64,000 nt of DNA from Candidatus Levybacteria bacterium RIFCSPHIGHO2_01_FULL_41_15. Lineage in GTDB: Bacteria; Patescibacteriota; Microgenomatia; Levybacterales; UBA12049. The notes below the pieces were generated by a model, which saw only the letters and a program-made list of their open reading frames with translations, was not told where the DNA came from and ran no database searches. Positions within the stretch are counted from its first letter, which is position 1; each line of letters starts with the position of its first letter. The stretch is taken from positions 56,123 to 120,122 of the forward strand of contig MFNV01000009.1 in the NCBI GenBank assembly GCA_001782165.1, given 5' to 3'. The translations under genes and the position numbers were made by a program. This document shows, piece after piece, positions 31,056-41,747 of the stretch.

Positions 31056-32319
31056 ATCGCTTATTTTTAATAAATAACCGTTGATTTTTAAAATAAACTA
31101 CAATCATAATACCAAAAACAGTAAGTGAAATTATAGAAAAAATCAATTTATAACTTGAGGATATGTCAAAGAGAATGTTTTTCGAAGCTATAGGGTTATT
31201 GTAGATAACGTTGTAGTAATAATATGAATAAAAGAGATTAATAAAATTTACAATTGTAAGTATAATGTAACTTGCTATTATAATTCTTGATTTTAAAATA
31301 CACGCTGAAATAATAAGTAACGCAAAGACTGGAAACAAGTGACGTTCATGAATGCGGGTCAAAAACAAAAAGAACCCAAATGAAGACAGTGCGCTGGCAA
31401 AATAATCTAGCTGTGTTCCTATTCTTACCTTTTTTCTTAAATAAGGAACAAGAATAATACAGAGAACAAATACATATAAAATGTAACTCCAAGTATGGTA
31501 TGGTAAGTTAAACCACATAGTAGTATCCGGCTTCCACCAACCAAATAAAGCCCAAAAATTATATGCGTTAATAGAAGTGTAAGGATAAGTGTTAACCGCG
31601 CTAAGAAAGTGTTTAAATCCTCCAAAAATTGGGTCCGTTGGAAAAAATGGAACAGAAATAAGAAAAAAAACAAGAAAAGTTAATAATAATGCGGACACAT
31701 TTTTTTTTGCCGAAAAACTTTTTATCAATCTAATTAAAATAATCGGAAAAGCCGATAAATTTAAGGGTTTTATAAGAAAAGACAATGTATTTGCTATTGA
31801 CCACTGTTTAATATTACGTCTCTCTTCCAATTGATAAAGGGAGTATATAAATAGAAAAGTGGGGATTGCATCTATTTGTCCCCAAACAGAACTGTTAAAA
31901 ACAGTGCTTGGATTAACCAAATACAGAAGGCTGCCTACCGTAGCCCATTTCTTTGAATATTTATTTATAATGACAAAAATTGTATATGCCGTTAAAATAT
32001 CAAAGATATTGCTGATAACTTTTATGTAGATTTCGAAAGTAATTGAAAAAATAGCAGCTTTGCCAAAAATCACAATAAAGATCTCTGAAAGAACCCACAA
32101 CAAAAAATAGTAAAAAGGTAAATAATCCGCAAAAAAATTGGATGTATAAAAATTAAGAGGACCTACGTCAACAAGCCTAGTCGCCCATGCTTGCCAATCA
32201 TTCATATCTATTTTAAAACTTGGTTGAGTAAATAAAAATATTCGAATAAGTAAAATAAGTATTAGGAATAATTTTAACAGTGGGGGTATTTTCTTGTATT
32301 CTCTTAAAATTTTTTCCAT
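31015..32319 (-). CDS. GT-C mannosyltransferase-like protein
   Basis: DYLPFY, NSSVWGQID, NAYNFW and HERH motifs. Confidence 0.82.
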   Translation of the reverse strand: MEKILREYKKIPPLLKLFLILILLIRIFLFTQPSFKIDMNDWQAWATRLVDVGPLNFYTSNFFADYLPFYYFLLWVLSEIFIVIFGKAAIFSITFEIYIKVISNIFDILTAYTIFVIINKYSKKWATVGSLLYLVNPSTVFNSSVWGQIDAIPTFLFIYSLYQLEERRNIKQWSIANTLSFLIKPLNLSAFPIILIRLIKSFSAKKNVSALLLTFLVFFLISVPFFPTDPIFGGFKHFLSAVNTYPYTSINAYNFWALFGWWKPDTTMWFNLPYHTWSYILYVFVLCIILVPYLRKKVRIGTQLDYFASALSSFGFFLFLTRIHERHLFPVFALLIISACILKSRIIIASYIILTIVNFINLFYSYYYYNVIYNNPIASKNILFDISSSYKLIFSIISLTVFGIMIVVYFKNQRLFIKNKRYVKSNHIKSKTPN

Positions 32320-32325
32320 TGTTAT

Positions 32326-33435
32326 TTAACTTTGGGGCTTTATAGAGACTGGGCAATTCTCGGTCTTAATTTCACAATCAATATATTTTTGAATCTCGGA
32401 AAAATTACTATTGCCGACTCTCGGTATAAGAACCCACTCGAAGTTATATTCTTCTGATAAATCGGGGTGAACCAAAAGCCCTGCTCTTTGTTTTTGCTGG
32501 TTTCCTATATCAATGACAATGCTTTCAGTTTTTGCTTTTTTCATCTTATTAAAAAGTCTTATGAAATCGTCAAACTCTTTTTCTTTTATATCGGTATCTA
32601 TGCTTTCTTTAAGAATATCGTATAGACCTATAACCTTTGCAGGATTTACCAAGCTTTGAAGAGAAAAAACTTTATCTTTAAAAGCTTTTATGATTTTTTC
32701 CTGCCTTTTGCTTCTTGCAAAGTCTGACCCTTCCTCCCCTTGTCCATGACGGGATCGAACAAACATAAGAGCGGTTTTGCCATCCATACGCTGAAAGCCT
32801 TTACTAAAACGGATATGCATATAACGGCAAGGGAAGGCTTTAAGCTGAGACGATGCTGTTGCAAACTCCTTAAGCTCCTCCTCTGAGTGCCCGCACGGAT
32901 CATCCTCCTTTCCTGTTATCGGATACTCGTAGTCATCAAATGACCGCTCAACATCAACATCAAGACCTCCCACCAGATCAACAGCCTTAACAAATCCGTC
33001 AAAATCTATCAGAAGGGCATAATCAATTGGCTGATTAATTACTTTCCTAACAGCCGCCTTTGCCAATACCAAGCCCCCTCCTTTTCTCTTGTCCTCTCCT
33101 TTGGAATAAGCCGTATTTACCTTCCCAGTTATATCAGGCACCCAAAGATCTCTTGGAATAGAAATAAGTTCAATTTTATCCCCCCCTGAAGAAAGACTTG
33201 CAAAAACTATTGTATCGGTTAGATTGGGCCCCTGATGAGCTCCGCCACCAATGCCCAAGAGAAGAACATTTACATTATGGTCAGTCTTTTTAAGATCTAT
33301 TTCTCTATTGAATAACAGCTGAAACAGAAAAGGAGACAACTTTGCAATTTTAAAAACAGCTTGCCCTGCGAAAAACAAAATTATAATTCCTAAGATCAGC
33401 AAAATAATTTTTTGGGGATTTTTATTTTTACGCAT
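32326..33435 (-). CDS. LytR-CpsA-Psr (LCP) family protein
   Basis: LTDTI, SIPRD, RSRH and SDFARSKRQ motifs. Confidence 0.92.
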   Translation of the reverse strand: MRKNKNPQKIILLILGIIILFFAGQAVFKIAKLSPFLFQLLFNREIDLKKTDHNVNVLLLGIGGGAHQGPNLTDTIVFASLSSGGDKIELISIPRDLWVPDITGKVNTAYSKGEDKRKGGGLVLAKAAVRKVINQPIDYALLIDFDGFVKAVDLVGGLDVDVERSFDDYEYPITGKEDDPCGHSEEELKEFATASSQLKAFPCRYMHIRFSKGFQRMDGKTALMFVRSRHGQGEEGSDFARSKRQEKIIKAFKDKVFSLQSLVNPAKVIGLYDILKESIDTDIKEKEFDDFIRLFNKMKKAKTESIVIDIGNQQKQRAGLLVHPDLSEEYNFEWVLIPRVGNSNFSEIQKYIDCEIKTENCPVSIKPQS

Positions 33436-34138
33436 TCTTTATAATTTCTACGAATTCTCGTGGATCAAGACTCGCCTGTCCTACTAACGCACCCTCTATG
33501 TTTGGCTGGGAGAAAAAAGAGGCAACATTGTCTGAATTTACACTTCCACCATATAGAATTTTTATTTCCCCAATCCGTTCTTTTATTTTACCAGCATACA
33601 AATTTGAATCTTCCGGAGAATCAGGTTTGTATTCTCCTCCGCCGCTAATCGCATCGGGGGGCTCATAAACAAACAATATTTCCTCAGATCTTCCTATAAT
33701 TTGTCTTCCTCTATTAACATAAGAGTCCAATTGTGACAAATCGCTAATACAAAGAATGGGCATGATTTTGTATTCCAAAAGAAGCTTTATTTTTTCAATA
33801 ACATCATCATCGTTCTCATTAAAATATTTCCTTCTTTCAGAATGACCAACAATACAATACTTAACTAATCCGCTTATCATTTGTGCTGTTACTTCTCCTG
33901 TATAAGCTCCTTCTCTAAATTTAGAAACATTCTGAGCGCCAAGCTTGAATGGCAATTTATGATTTACAATATATGATTTAAGATTTGGAAGAAGAGTAAA
34001 CGAGGGACAAAGTATGATTTCTTTATATTCTATATGTGATATTTGATATTTGATATTTGATATTTCCTCAAGCCATTCCTCTGCCTCATTGATTGTTTTG
34101 TTGGATTTCCAGTTAGCTATAATAAAAAGTTTTTTCAT
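33428..34138 (-). CDS. tpiA: Triosephosphate isomerase
   Basis: ANWKSN, GAYTGE, GHSERR, YEP and LYGGSV motifs. Confidence 0.95.
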   Translation of the reverse strand: MKKLFIIANWKSNKTINEAEEWLEEISNIKYQISHIEYKEIILCPSFTLLPNLKSYIVNHKLPFKLGAQNVSKFREGAYTGEVTAQMISGLVKYCIVGHSERRKYFNENDDDVIEKIKLLLEYKIMPILCISDLSQLDSYVNRGRQIIGRSEEILFVYEPPDAISGGGEYKPDSPEDSNLYAGKIKERIGEIKILYGGSVNSDNVASFFSQPNIEGALVGQASLDPREFVEIIKNA

Positions 34139-34251
34139 ACATTCGGTATACTCAGTATGATCTCTTCGAGCCTGAGCCTCAGAGCCGATGGCCTGAGCAA
34201 AGTCGAAGGGTCATATGTTAAAATCAATAAGCAGTTTATCTATTATAGATT

Positions 34252-36090
34252 ATGGGTGAAGACTTTCTCAAGGATTTAAACCGAGAGCAGCAAGAAGCAG
34301 TCAAACATGCACAGGGACCTTCCATAATTCTCGCAGGAGCAGGTTCAGGAAAAACCCGAGTCCTTACCTACAAGGTTGTTTATCTAATAAAAGAGTTGGG
34401 AATTAATCCTGAGAATATCTTAATGGTCACCTTCACCAACAAAGCCGCAAATGAAATGCGGGGAAGAATCCAGAAACTTGTTCCTACGTCTCCTACGGTT
34501 GCAACCTTTCATTCTCTTTCAAGTAAAATCCTAAGACGCGATGGAATTCACATCAGCATTCCCCCAAATTTTGTCATTTATGACGAGCAGGATCAGACCG
34601 AGGCCTTAAAAGAAGCTATGCGAATTTTGGATATATCTTTTCGGGATTTTAAACCCTCATCTGTTCTTTCGACAATATCAGAGGCAAAAAACGAGCTTGT
34701 TACAGATGTAGAATATACAAGTTATGCCCACGGCTACTTTCAGGAAACAGTTGCTAGAATCTATCCTGTTTACCAAAAGACTCTCAAAGAAAATAATGCT
34801 TTGGATTTTGATGATTTAATTTTAAAAACTATTTATCTTTTTGATGAAAATCCTCAAATTCTTAAAAAATATCAGGATAAATTTCAATACATATTAATTG
34901 ATGAGTATCAGGATACAAACCACGCCCAGTTTATTTTGACAAAAATGCTTTCGGGAGAATCTGGATCCCCCAATGTTTGCATAGTGGGAGATTTCTCTCA
35001 AAGCATTTATAGTTGGCGCGGAGCAGATTTTAAAAATCTTACTAAGTTTAGGGAGGATTTTAAAGATGCACAAACTTTTTCCCTTTCCCAAAATTACAGA
35101 TCGACCCAGAAAATACTTGATGCCGCAGGATCCGTAATTTCCAAAAATACTTCCCATCCCGTTTTGGAACTTTGGACGGAAAATCCAAAAGGCGAAAATG
35201 TAGTTTTGTATGAAGCCCTAAACGAACACGATGAGGCAGAATTTATAGTCAATCAAATAATGGAAACAGGATATAAAAAAAGAGATCTAAAATTTTCAGA
35301 TTTTGCAGTTCTTTATAGAACCAATGCGCAATCAAGGGCAATTGAGGAGGTTTTTCTTCACAAAGGACTCCCTTATATTCTTATCGGAGGAACAAGATTC
35401 TATGAAAGGCGCGAAATAAAAGATGTTTTGGCATACTTAAGGCTTTTGGCAAATCCCAAAGATAAGATATCCTTCAAAAGAATAGAAAAACTTGGCAAGG
35501 GAAGATTTAAGAAATTTGAAGAATTTCAGAAAGAATTTCTTCCCAAAACTGAAAATCTCAAAACAATTGAAATCCTTGATCTTATTCTTGTAAAAACCGA
35601 TTATCTATCTTTGTATGATGAGAAGGACGAGGAAGAAAGACAAAGGCTTGAGAATATAAAGGAGCTTCGCTCAGTTGCAATAGAGTTTCCCGATTTAACT
35701 ACCTTTTTGGAAAATGTTTCCTTGGTTGAACAAGAGTATTTGCCCGACCATCCCAAAAACGGAGAAAAAAAGGATGCGGTTAATCTGATGACACTTCATG
35801 CTGCAAAAGGGCTTGAGTTTCACGCAGTATTTATGGTAGGCATGGAAGAGGGGCTTTTTCCGCATTCCCGAAGTCTTATGGACAGGAATGAACTTGAGGA
35901 GGAAAGAAGGCTTTGCTATGTAGGGATGACAAGAGCTGAAGAAAAATTATTCCTGACATATTCAAGGAGAAGGTTATTTTTCGGCCAGAGAACTTCAAAT
36001 ATTGTTTCAAGGTTCATTTTGGAATTGCCCGAGAAAGTTATTTCGCAAAACATTAGGTTAATGACAGAAGATTCTTCGGAATTTTTATGA
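34252..36090 (+). CDS. pcrA: PcrA/UvrD helicase
   Basis: AGAGSGKT, DEYQD, NYRS, TLHAAKGLEF and EERRLCYVGMTRA motifs. Confidence 0.93.
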   Translation: MGEDFLKDLNREQQEAVKHAQGPSIILAGAGSGKTRVLTYKVVYLIKELGINPENILMVTFTNKAANEMRGRIQKLVPTSPTVATFHSLSSKILRRDGIHISIPPNFVIYDEQDQTEALKEAMRILDISFRDFKPSSVLSTISEAKNELVTDVEYTSYAHGYFQETVARIYPVYQKTLKENNALDFDDLILKTIYLFDENPQILKKYQDKFQYILIDEYQDTNHAQFILTKMLSGESGSPNVCIVGDFSQSIYSWRGADFKNLTKFREDFKDAQTFSLSQNYRSTQKILDAAGSVISKNTSHPVLELWTENPKGENVVLYEALNEHDEAEFIVNQIMETGYKKRDLKFSDFAVLYRTNAQSRAIEEVFLHKGLPYILIGGTRFYERREIKDVLAYLRLLANPKDKISFKRIEKLGKGRFKKFEEFQKEFLPKTENLKTIEILDLILVKTDYLSLYDEKDEEERQRLENIKELRSVAIEFPDLTTFLENVSLVEQEYLPDHPKNGEKKDAVNLMTLHAAKGLEFHAVFMVGMEEGLFPHSRSLMDRNELEEERRLCYVGMTRAEEKLFLTYSRRRLFFGQRTSNIVSRFILELPEKVISQNIRLMTEDSSEFL

Positions 36091-37106
36091 AGCCTCAGGA
36101 TTTTAACAAAAACGTGAATCACCCGCTCCAAAGCTACGAATGGGGGAAATTCAGAGAAAAAACAGGCATTAAAGTTATAAGAGGCGGTGATTTTCAACTT
36201 ACAATTCATAAAATTCCCTATCTTCCGTGGACTATTGGTTATCTGCCAAAAGGAAAGTTGCCCGATAAAAAACTTGTCGAAGAACTTAAAAAAATCGGTA
36301 AAGAAAATCACTGCATCTTGATCCAACTCGAGCCAAATGTTGAGAAAATTTCAAATTTAAAATTTCAAATTTCAAATTTAGGCATGGTGCCTGCAGCGCA
36401 TCCTCTCTTTACAAAATATACTTTCATTCTAGATCTCACAAAGAGTGAAGATGAATTGTTAAAAGTAATGCATCCTAAGACCCGTTACAACATAAAAGTA
36501 GCACTTAAACACGGAGTCGAAGTTATTGAGTATGATTCAGATGAAGCTTTTAAAGCTTATTTAAAATTAACCGAGGAAACTACCAGAAGACAAAAATTCT
36601 ACGCCCACACTCAAGATTACCATAAAAAAATGTGGGAGATTTTGAAATCTGAAAATGGAAAATCAATGATAAATGATAAATGGAAAATGGAAAATTTTAA
36701 TCGCTTAACTGCCTATTTGCTACTTGCGAAATATCGAAAAACGAAGAACAAAAAACCAATAACTTTAGTCGCTTGGATCTTGTTTACCTTCAAAGACACT
36801 CTCTACTATCCTTACGGCGCGTCATCAACTGAACATCGAGAAACAATGGCAAGTAATCTTATGATGTGGGAAACAATAAGATTTGGTAAAAAACTGGGTC
36901 TTGCGAAATTTGACATGTGGGGAGCGTTAGGGTCCGACCCTGATCCAAAAGACCCTTGGTACGGCTTCAATAAATTTAAACAAGGCTATGGCGGAAAACC
37001 CGTAGAATTTGTGGGAAGTTATGATTTAGTTATCAATCCTGTCTTATATAATCTTTATAAAGTAGCCAACAAAATCAGATGGGCTATTCTAAAATTTAAA
37101 AAATAG
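36087..37106 (+). CDS. FemABX-family peptidoglycan peptidyltransferase
   Basis: LQSYEWG, RYNIKVA.K.GV, YPYGAS and FKQGYGG motifs. Confidence 0.88.
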   Translation: MKPQDFNKNVNHPLQSYEWGKFREKTGIKVIRGGDFQLTIHKIPYLPWTIGYLPKGKLPDKKLVEELKKIGKENHCILIQLEPNVEKISNLKFQISNLGMVPAAHPLFTKYTFILDLTKSEDELLKVMHPKTRYNIKVALKHGVEVIEYDSDEAFKAYLKLTEETTRRQKFYAHTQDYHKKMWEILKSENGKSMINDKWKMENFNRLTAYLLLAKYRKTKNKKPITLVAWILFTFKDTLYYPYGASSTEHRETMASNLMMWETIRFGKKLGLAKFDMWGALGSDPDPKDPWYGFNKFKQGYGGKPVEFVGSYDLVINPVLYNLYKVANKIRWAILKFKK

Positions 37107-37114
37107 CTATCCTT

Positions 37115-37345
37115 ATGATATATATATATAATTATATGAGAAAAGAATATGGTCTCTTTATTGTTGGCGTTATTTTAATAGCTTTCTCCATAGTCCCTGC
37201 GCCGGAAGTTGTATGCATCAAATCTCCATGCGGGGGCTCAGAATATCTTTTTGGGATCATACCTAGCATTTGGGCATCCATTCTAGGAGTCATTCTGGTA
37301 ATAGTATCTCTTGGTTTGATTATTAAAAAGAAACCTAAACAGTAA
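37115..37345 (+). CDS. Small 2-TM protein with a C-x4-C loop
   Basis: Hydrophobic ORF; start may be 37136. Confidence 0.55.
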   Translation: MIYIYNYMRKEYGLFIVGVILIAFSIVPAPEVVCIKSPCGGSEYLFGIIPSIWASILGVILVIVSLGLIIKKKPKQ

Positions 37346-37350
37346 CTCTC

Positions 37351-37863
37351 TTAGAATTTGTAAAGAAACAGATTATCCTTAATCCTTGATTCATAATTCT
37401 TAATTCCTAATTCATACTTACGACTCACGATCCTTGTTCCTTTTTTTAATTCTTTCTTAAACTTTGGCAAAAGTTTTTCAAGAGCTTTGGGGACAAGATA
37501 AACTACTACAACCGTTGCCTTTGATAAATCGGTCTTGAAAAAATCTTCCTGTCTTATCTCAACTTTATTTAGTAGATTATTAAACCAAACCCTAATTCTT
37601 GCTATCCAAACTCGCAGAGGATCAATCTCTATTCCAACCCCCTTAGCCCCAAACTCTTTTGCTGCTGTTATAAGAAATGTTCCGTCTCCGCATCCGAGAT
37701 CATAAACAAGGTCTGACCTTGTAATCTTGGCCAATTTACAAATCTCTCTTGCAATTTTTCTATTTGTTCTCCACCACGGCGCCCATGGGCTGTCCGGCGG
37801 CCAAACCGCAGATAAAATTAATAGCAGAAAAATAATTATCAATAATAAGATCAGTTCAAGCAT
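37351..37863 (-). CDS. SAM-dependent methyltransferase
   Basis: YDLGCGDG and GIEID motifs. Confidence 0.88.
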   Translation of the reverse strand: MLELILLLIIIFLLLILSAVWPPDSPWAPWWRTNRKIAREICKLAKITRSDLVYDLGCGDGTFLITAAKEFGAKGVGIEIDPLRVWIARIRVWFNNLLNKVEIRQEDFFKTDLSKATVVVVYLVPKALEKLLPKFKKELKKGTRIVSRKYELGIKNYESRIKDNLFLYKF

Positions 37864-37991
37864 CCTAACTAAAATCTCAAACTCAAAGCACCAAATCCTA
37901 AATAATATTTAATTTCAAATTACCGAAACCCAAAACGGTTTAATATTTGTATTTTGTATTTTGAATTTATTTGGAATTTGTAATTTTGGAT

Positions 37992-38282
37992 TTAAAATTT
38001 ATAAACAACTTTCCCTATAATCTGTTGTCTAGATATCCAACCAATTTTCTTACTATCGAAACTGTCTTTAATATTATCTCCTTCTAAAAAACAACTGTCA
38101 CTTTTTATCTTCGATATTCTTTTGATATAAGTTTTGCCCTTATATTTAAACACTGCAACATCTCCAACCTTAGGTTTTAAAAATATATAAGGGATAGGGC
38201 TTGCCAAAACTGTCTGCCCGTTTTTCAAAAAGGGCTCCATGCTGTGACCAACTACTCGAAATCTAGCCAGAAGGGAAAACAT
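37992..38282 (-). CDS. sodX: Ni-SOD maturation protease (S26 family)
   Basis: VVGHSMEP, IKRI and GDN...S.DS motifs; directly downstream of sodN. Confidence 0.85.
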   Translation of the reverse strand: MFSLLARFRVVGHSMEPFLKNGQTVLASPIPYIFLKPKVGDVAVFKYKGKTYIKRISKIKSDSCFLEGDNIKDSFDSKKIGWISRQQIIGKVVYKF

Positions 38283-38390
38283 GCTTCTTAATTTTCAATT
38301 TGAAATTTGAAATTTGAAATCAATTTTGAATGCTTTAAATTTAAAAAATTTAGATTTGAATGAAAATTAGAAATTAAAAATTTAAAATTA

Positions 38391-38894
38391 CTACTTGTGG
38401 CTTACAATTTCACCTTCCGTAGGATAGCCTGAAGAAACGCGTACAGGTTCTAAATTTTTTGTTTTATAAAATATTTCAGCAATTTGCATAGTAGCATCAA
38501 GCAATTTTTTTGCAGCATCGATATCTATATTTTGGCGTGTTTTGATAGAAAGCATAACCCCCTCTTCAATTAGAGATTTCAAATTCGGAAACTTTTTAAA
38601 ATGCTCGTCTTTGAAGTAATCATTTTCCAAAGTTCCAAGCTCTTCTTCGACTAATTCCCCGTGCTCTTCTTTAACGCGAGTTAACCTTGCAATCTGGGAT
38701 ATAATTCTTTTTCTTTCTTCAAAATCCGGCTCTTGTCTTGAGGGCTTTAATTCATCAAGCATATTTGTCATGCGAAGAACAGTATGTGCTGCCATTTGTG
38801 CATTATGAGGATCATAAATTCCGCAGGGAATATCACAATGCGTAAACGCTGTCTGCTCCGGCAAAAATTTTGAGATTAAACTAAAAATCTTCAC
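38391..38894 (-). CDS. sodN: Nickel superoxide dismutase precursor
   Basis: Nickel-hook HCDIPCGIYDP after a short leader. Confidence 0.93.
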   Translation of the reverse strand: MKIFSLISKFLPEQTAFTHCDIPCGIYDPHNAQMAAHTVLRMTNMLDELKPSRQEPDFEERKRIISQIARLTRVKEEHGELVEEELGTLENDYFKDEHFKKFPNLKSLIEEGVMLSIKTRQNIDIDAAKKLLDATMQIAEIFYKTKNLEPVRVSSGYPTEGEIVSHK

Positions 38895-38958
38895 AGCAAC
38901 CCCATTATACCACCCTCCATCAAAGATTAATAAGAAACTCGTATGAGATAAGGAAAAC

Positions 38959-39273
38959 TTGACAGATCCGTTGATCTTAAGTTATATAGATATTATGACC
39001 AATAAGATTCTGTATTGGGGAATAGGAATCCTAGTACTTATTCTGGCCCTCGGAGGGTATCTTTTACTATCAAGACCGGGAAATTTAAAGTATCTCCAAG
39101 AAGAAAAGCAGGCCGCTCCTCTTACAAGACAGAATGCTGATTCATCCCTACAGCAAACAGAATCAAACATAGAGACTCAGTTAAATCAGGCAGATCAGGA
39201 TCTTAAAGCAGCTGAAGAAGCAGATATTTCCACGCAAACACAGGAAGATTTAAGCACGATAAATGGTTTATGA
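38959..39273 (+). CDS. Single-TM hypothetical protein
   Basis: TM helix plus coiled coil; likely start ATG 38995. Confidence 0.65.
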   Translation: MTDPLILSYIDIMTNKILYWGIGILVLILALGGYLLLSRPGNLKYLQEEKQAAPLTRQNADSSLQQTESNIETQLNQADQDLKAAEEADISTQTQEDLSTINGL

Positions 39274-40064
39274 GGAAAATCTTAATTGTATTTATAACAT
39301 TTGCAATAGGGTTTAATTTTATTCCCACTGTCTCGGCTCAGTTTAATGTCGATAAAATCCGCGAACAGATTAATAAAGAAATAGGAAGACTCGAGAAGAA
39401 AGCAAGCACAGCCGCTGACAATCAAGAAAAGCGGCTTTCAAAAATCAAAGAGACCGCAGGAAAACTTATAGACAAGAGGGTAAATGATCTTAATAAACTT
39501 TTGACAAGAATTGAGAATGACAAAAAATTATCGACAGAAGAAAAAACAACTCTTAAGGCCGGGATTCAGGCATCTATAGATGGGCTAGCGGCACTTAAAG
39601 CCAAAATTCAGGCAGATACCGATATTGATACTGCAAAACAGGATACAAAAACCATTATTACAAGCTACTATGTTTACAAAATTTTTATCCCAAAAATCAG
39701 ACTCTCGATTGCAATAAGCACTCTTGAGGAATTGTCGACAAACTTATCCTCCTTATCAAATGAGATACAAAATCTTATAGATACCCTCAAAAACGAAGGC
39801 AAAGATGTGTCAAGCTTAGAACAGCTTCTTGATGATATGACCTCAAGAATCCAAGCCATAAATACAACTCTTTTAAATGACAAAACAAAGCTTGCCTCTA
39901 TAACTTTATCAACATCTGATGCAACTCCTATTTTCGTTGAGGTAAGGCAAGATTTGGCAAAAGTGAGAAGCGAATTTGCCAAGATAAGATACGATATAGC
40001 TCAAATGAGGGCAGACTTCAAGATAGTTTTAAAAACTTCAAAAGGCGCTTCCGTGACTCCCTAG
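39270..40064 (+). CDS. Secreted coiled-coil protein
   Basis: Signal peptide ending VSA-Q; all-helical composition. Confidence 0.75.
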   Translation: MRKILIVFITFAIGFNFIPTVSAQFNVDKIREQINKEIGRLEKKASTAADNQEKRLSKIKETAGKLIDKRVNDLNKLLTRIENDKKLSTEEKTTLKAGIQASIDGLAALKAKIQADTDIDTAKQDTKTIITSYYVYKIFIPKIRLSIAISTLEELSTNLSSLSNEIQNLIDTLKNEGKDVSSLEQLLDDMTSRIQAINTTLLNDKTKLASITLSTSDATPIFVEVRQDLAKVRSEFAKIRYDIAQMRADFKIVLKTSKGASVTP

Positions 40065-40231
40065 CTTTTGCGCATAAAATCAAGAACTACCGAAACTGCC
40101 ATTAGCACAACTCCTATCCAAACATTTGCCAAAGACGGGATAAGTACCGCAATCAAAAGCCCCAAACCAAGCCCAAACAAACTGTGTATTAACACATGGG
40201 GAGTAAAACACTCTTTCATTTTTGCATTCAT
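40061..40231 (-). CDS. 56-aa 2-TM protein (not in the ORF track)
   Basis: MNAKMKECFTPHVLIHSLFGLGLGLLIAVLIPSLANVWIGVVLMAVSVVLDFMRKS; SD GAGGGGGTG upstream. Confidence 0.7.
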   Translation of the reverse strand: MNAKMKECFTPHVLIHSLFGLGLGLLIAVLIPSLANVWIGVVLMAVSVVLDFMRKS

Positions 40232-40288
40232 AAAATAATCACACCCCCTCCAGCTCCAGAGCTTTAAAATAAACTCAATAACAACATC

Positions 40289-40507
40289 TTACTTGGCACT
40301 GCAGATCTTACAGTCCTTCATGTGGGTTGCAGCAATATAAACCGCTGAAAGACCTACCAGAACATAAACAAGCTTTGTCAGACCTGAACCTGCTCCCAAA
40401 ATTAAAGCTACAACATCAAGATTTAAAAGACCGACCAATCCCCAATTTAATGCACCTATAATTGTAAGAGTAAAGGTTACCATGTGAAGCGCTTTCATCC
40501 TCATCAC
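40289..40507 (-). CDS. DUF378 family protein
   Basis: IIGALNWGLVG..VYVLVGLSA motif; strong SD. Confidence 0.9.
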   Translation of the reverse strand: MMRMKALHMVTFTLTIIGALNWGLVGLLNLDVVALILGAGSGLTKLVYVLVGLSAVYIAATHMKDCKICSAK

Positions 40508-40555
40508 CTCCTTTCTCTTCTATCTTAGGCATATTCTTAAAAAATAATCAAGGGA

Positions 40556-40939
40556 TCAACTTGACTTAGTTTGTACAAGCTGAAAATAATTACCCTCCGG
40601 ATCCTCAAAAGTCGCTATAAATCCGTAGTCTTCAACATGATATATATCCTGAACTAACTTGACTTTCTCCTTTTTAAGCTTCCTGACATCTTTTTTAATA
40701 TCGTCCACTTCAAAATTAATTATAGTCCTTTGCGGATTCTTGTTTTTTCCTTTCACCTCCGAGTGGTCTATAATATAAAGATTGCTTCCGCTTTTCATCT
40801 CAAAAACATAAATTGATTCATCGTGCTCACCCATTATTCCTTCAAAGCTTACCTTAAGACCGATTTTTTTCACATAGAAATCCGAAAGCTTCGCAGCATC
40901 TGATGAAAAAAAGTTTATTCCTTCAATTCCTTTTATCAT
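40556..40939 (-). CDS. VOC/glyoxalase family protein
   Basis: FY...IGL, NFEVDD and FEDPEGN motifs. Confidence 0.88.
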   Translation of the reverse strand: MIKGIEGINFFSSDAAKLSDFYVKKIGLKVSFEGIMGEHDESIYVFEMKSGSNLYIIDHSEVKGKNKNPQRTIINFEVDDIKKDVRKLKKEKVKLVQDIYHVEDYGFIATFEDPEGNYFQLVQTKSS

Positions 40940-41063
40940 ATTTCACCCCCTTTCCTTGGAAGATTTATTATGTGCAAGGATTTATATTCTGTCAATATGT
41001 CTTTTTTACTTCAGGGCCCAAATTGTAGCCTCTTTTATAAATTTGAGATTAAATATAAGACGA

Positions 41064-41747
41064 TTATTTGGAGGCAAGATTAAAGACTGAAAAATAACTA
41101 TTCATTGTCCCGCATCCGTACTGCCATTTACTATTTAGGATATTTTCTCTGTGTCCTGCCGTTGATTTTGCCCACCCCTCATTTACTACATAATCAGGTG
41201 TCCTCTGATCACTTGATGAAAAAGTTACCTCCCCCATTGATTTAAATTCTGACTGGGATTTGAAATATTTATCAAACCCAGCATGATTATCAAGACTTCC
41301 AAGAGAAATTAGTTCACTCAATCTGCTTTGTGAAATAGAGCAAAGAGTTCCGCTTGACAACAATTCTGAAATGCCGTTTGATCGCCTGAAAGCATTCACC
41401 GAGTTTAATAAATCAGAAGAACTTGAAGGCTGATTATTGTTCTCTTCTTTGCCCAAAATAGGAGGGGCTATGGGGGTCGGCAAAAAACTATTCGGAGTTC
41501 TGGTTGGGATTGGAGTTGGGATTAAGGCTGGAGTCGGGGTTGGAATTATTTTAAACTCGGGGACATCCACTTTTGATTCTGAAGCGGCCTTGATTGATTT
41601 TTCGATTTTCTGATCCCCTGTTGAAAAAGATACTAGAGCAAAAAACAAAAGGATAAAAAGGGTTGAAGAAATTCTGGGAAATTTACTTAAAAATTTTACT
41701 GCTTCTAAAAATATTTCTTTTGAAAAATGGGCAGTTTTAGACATCAA
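41064..41747 (-). CDS. CAP/SCP domain protein with PT linker
   Basis: VN.FRRSNG, H.GF, GE and W..S..GHRENIL motifs. Confidence 0.85.
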   Translation of the reverse strand: MMSKTAHFSKEIFLEAVKFLSKFPRISSTLFILLFFALVSFSTGDQKIEKSIKAASESKVDVPEFKIIPTPTPALIPTPIPTRTPNSFLPTPIAPPILGKEENNNQPSSSSDLLNSVNAFRRSNGISELLSSGTLCSISQSRLSELISLGSLDNHAGFDKYFKSQSEFKSMGEVTFSSSDQRTPDYVVNEGWAKSTAGHRENILNSKWQYGCGTMNSYFSVFNLASK

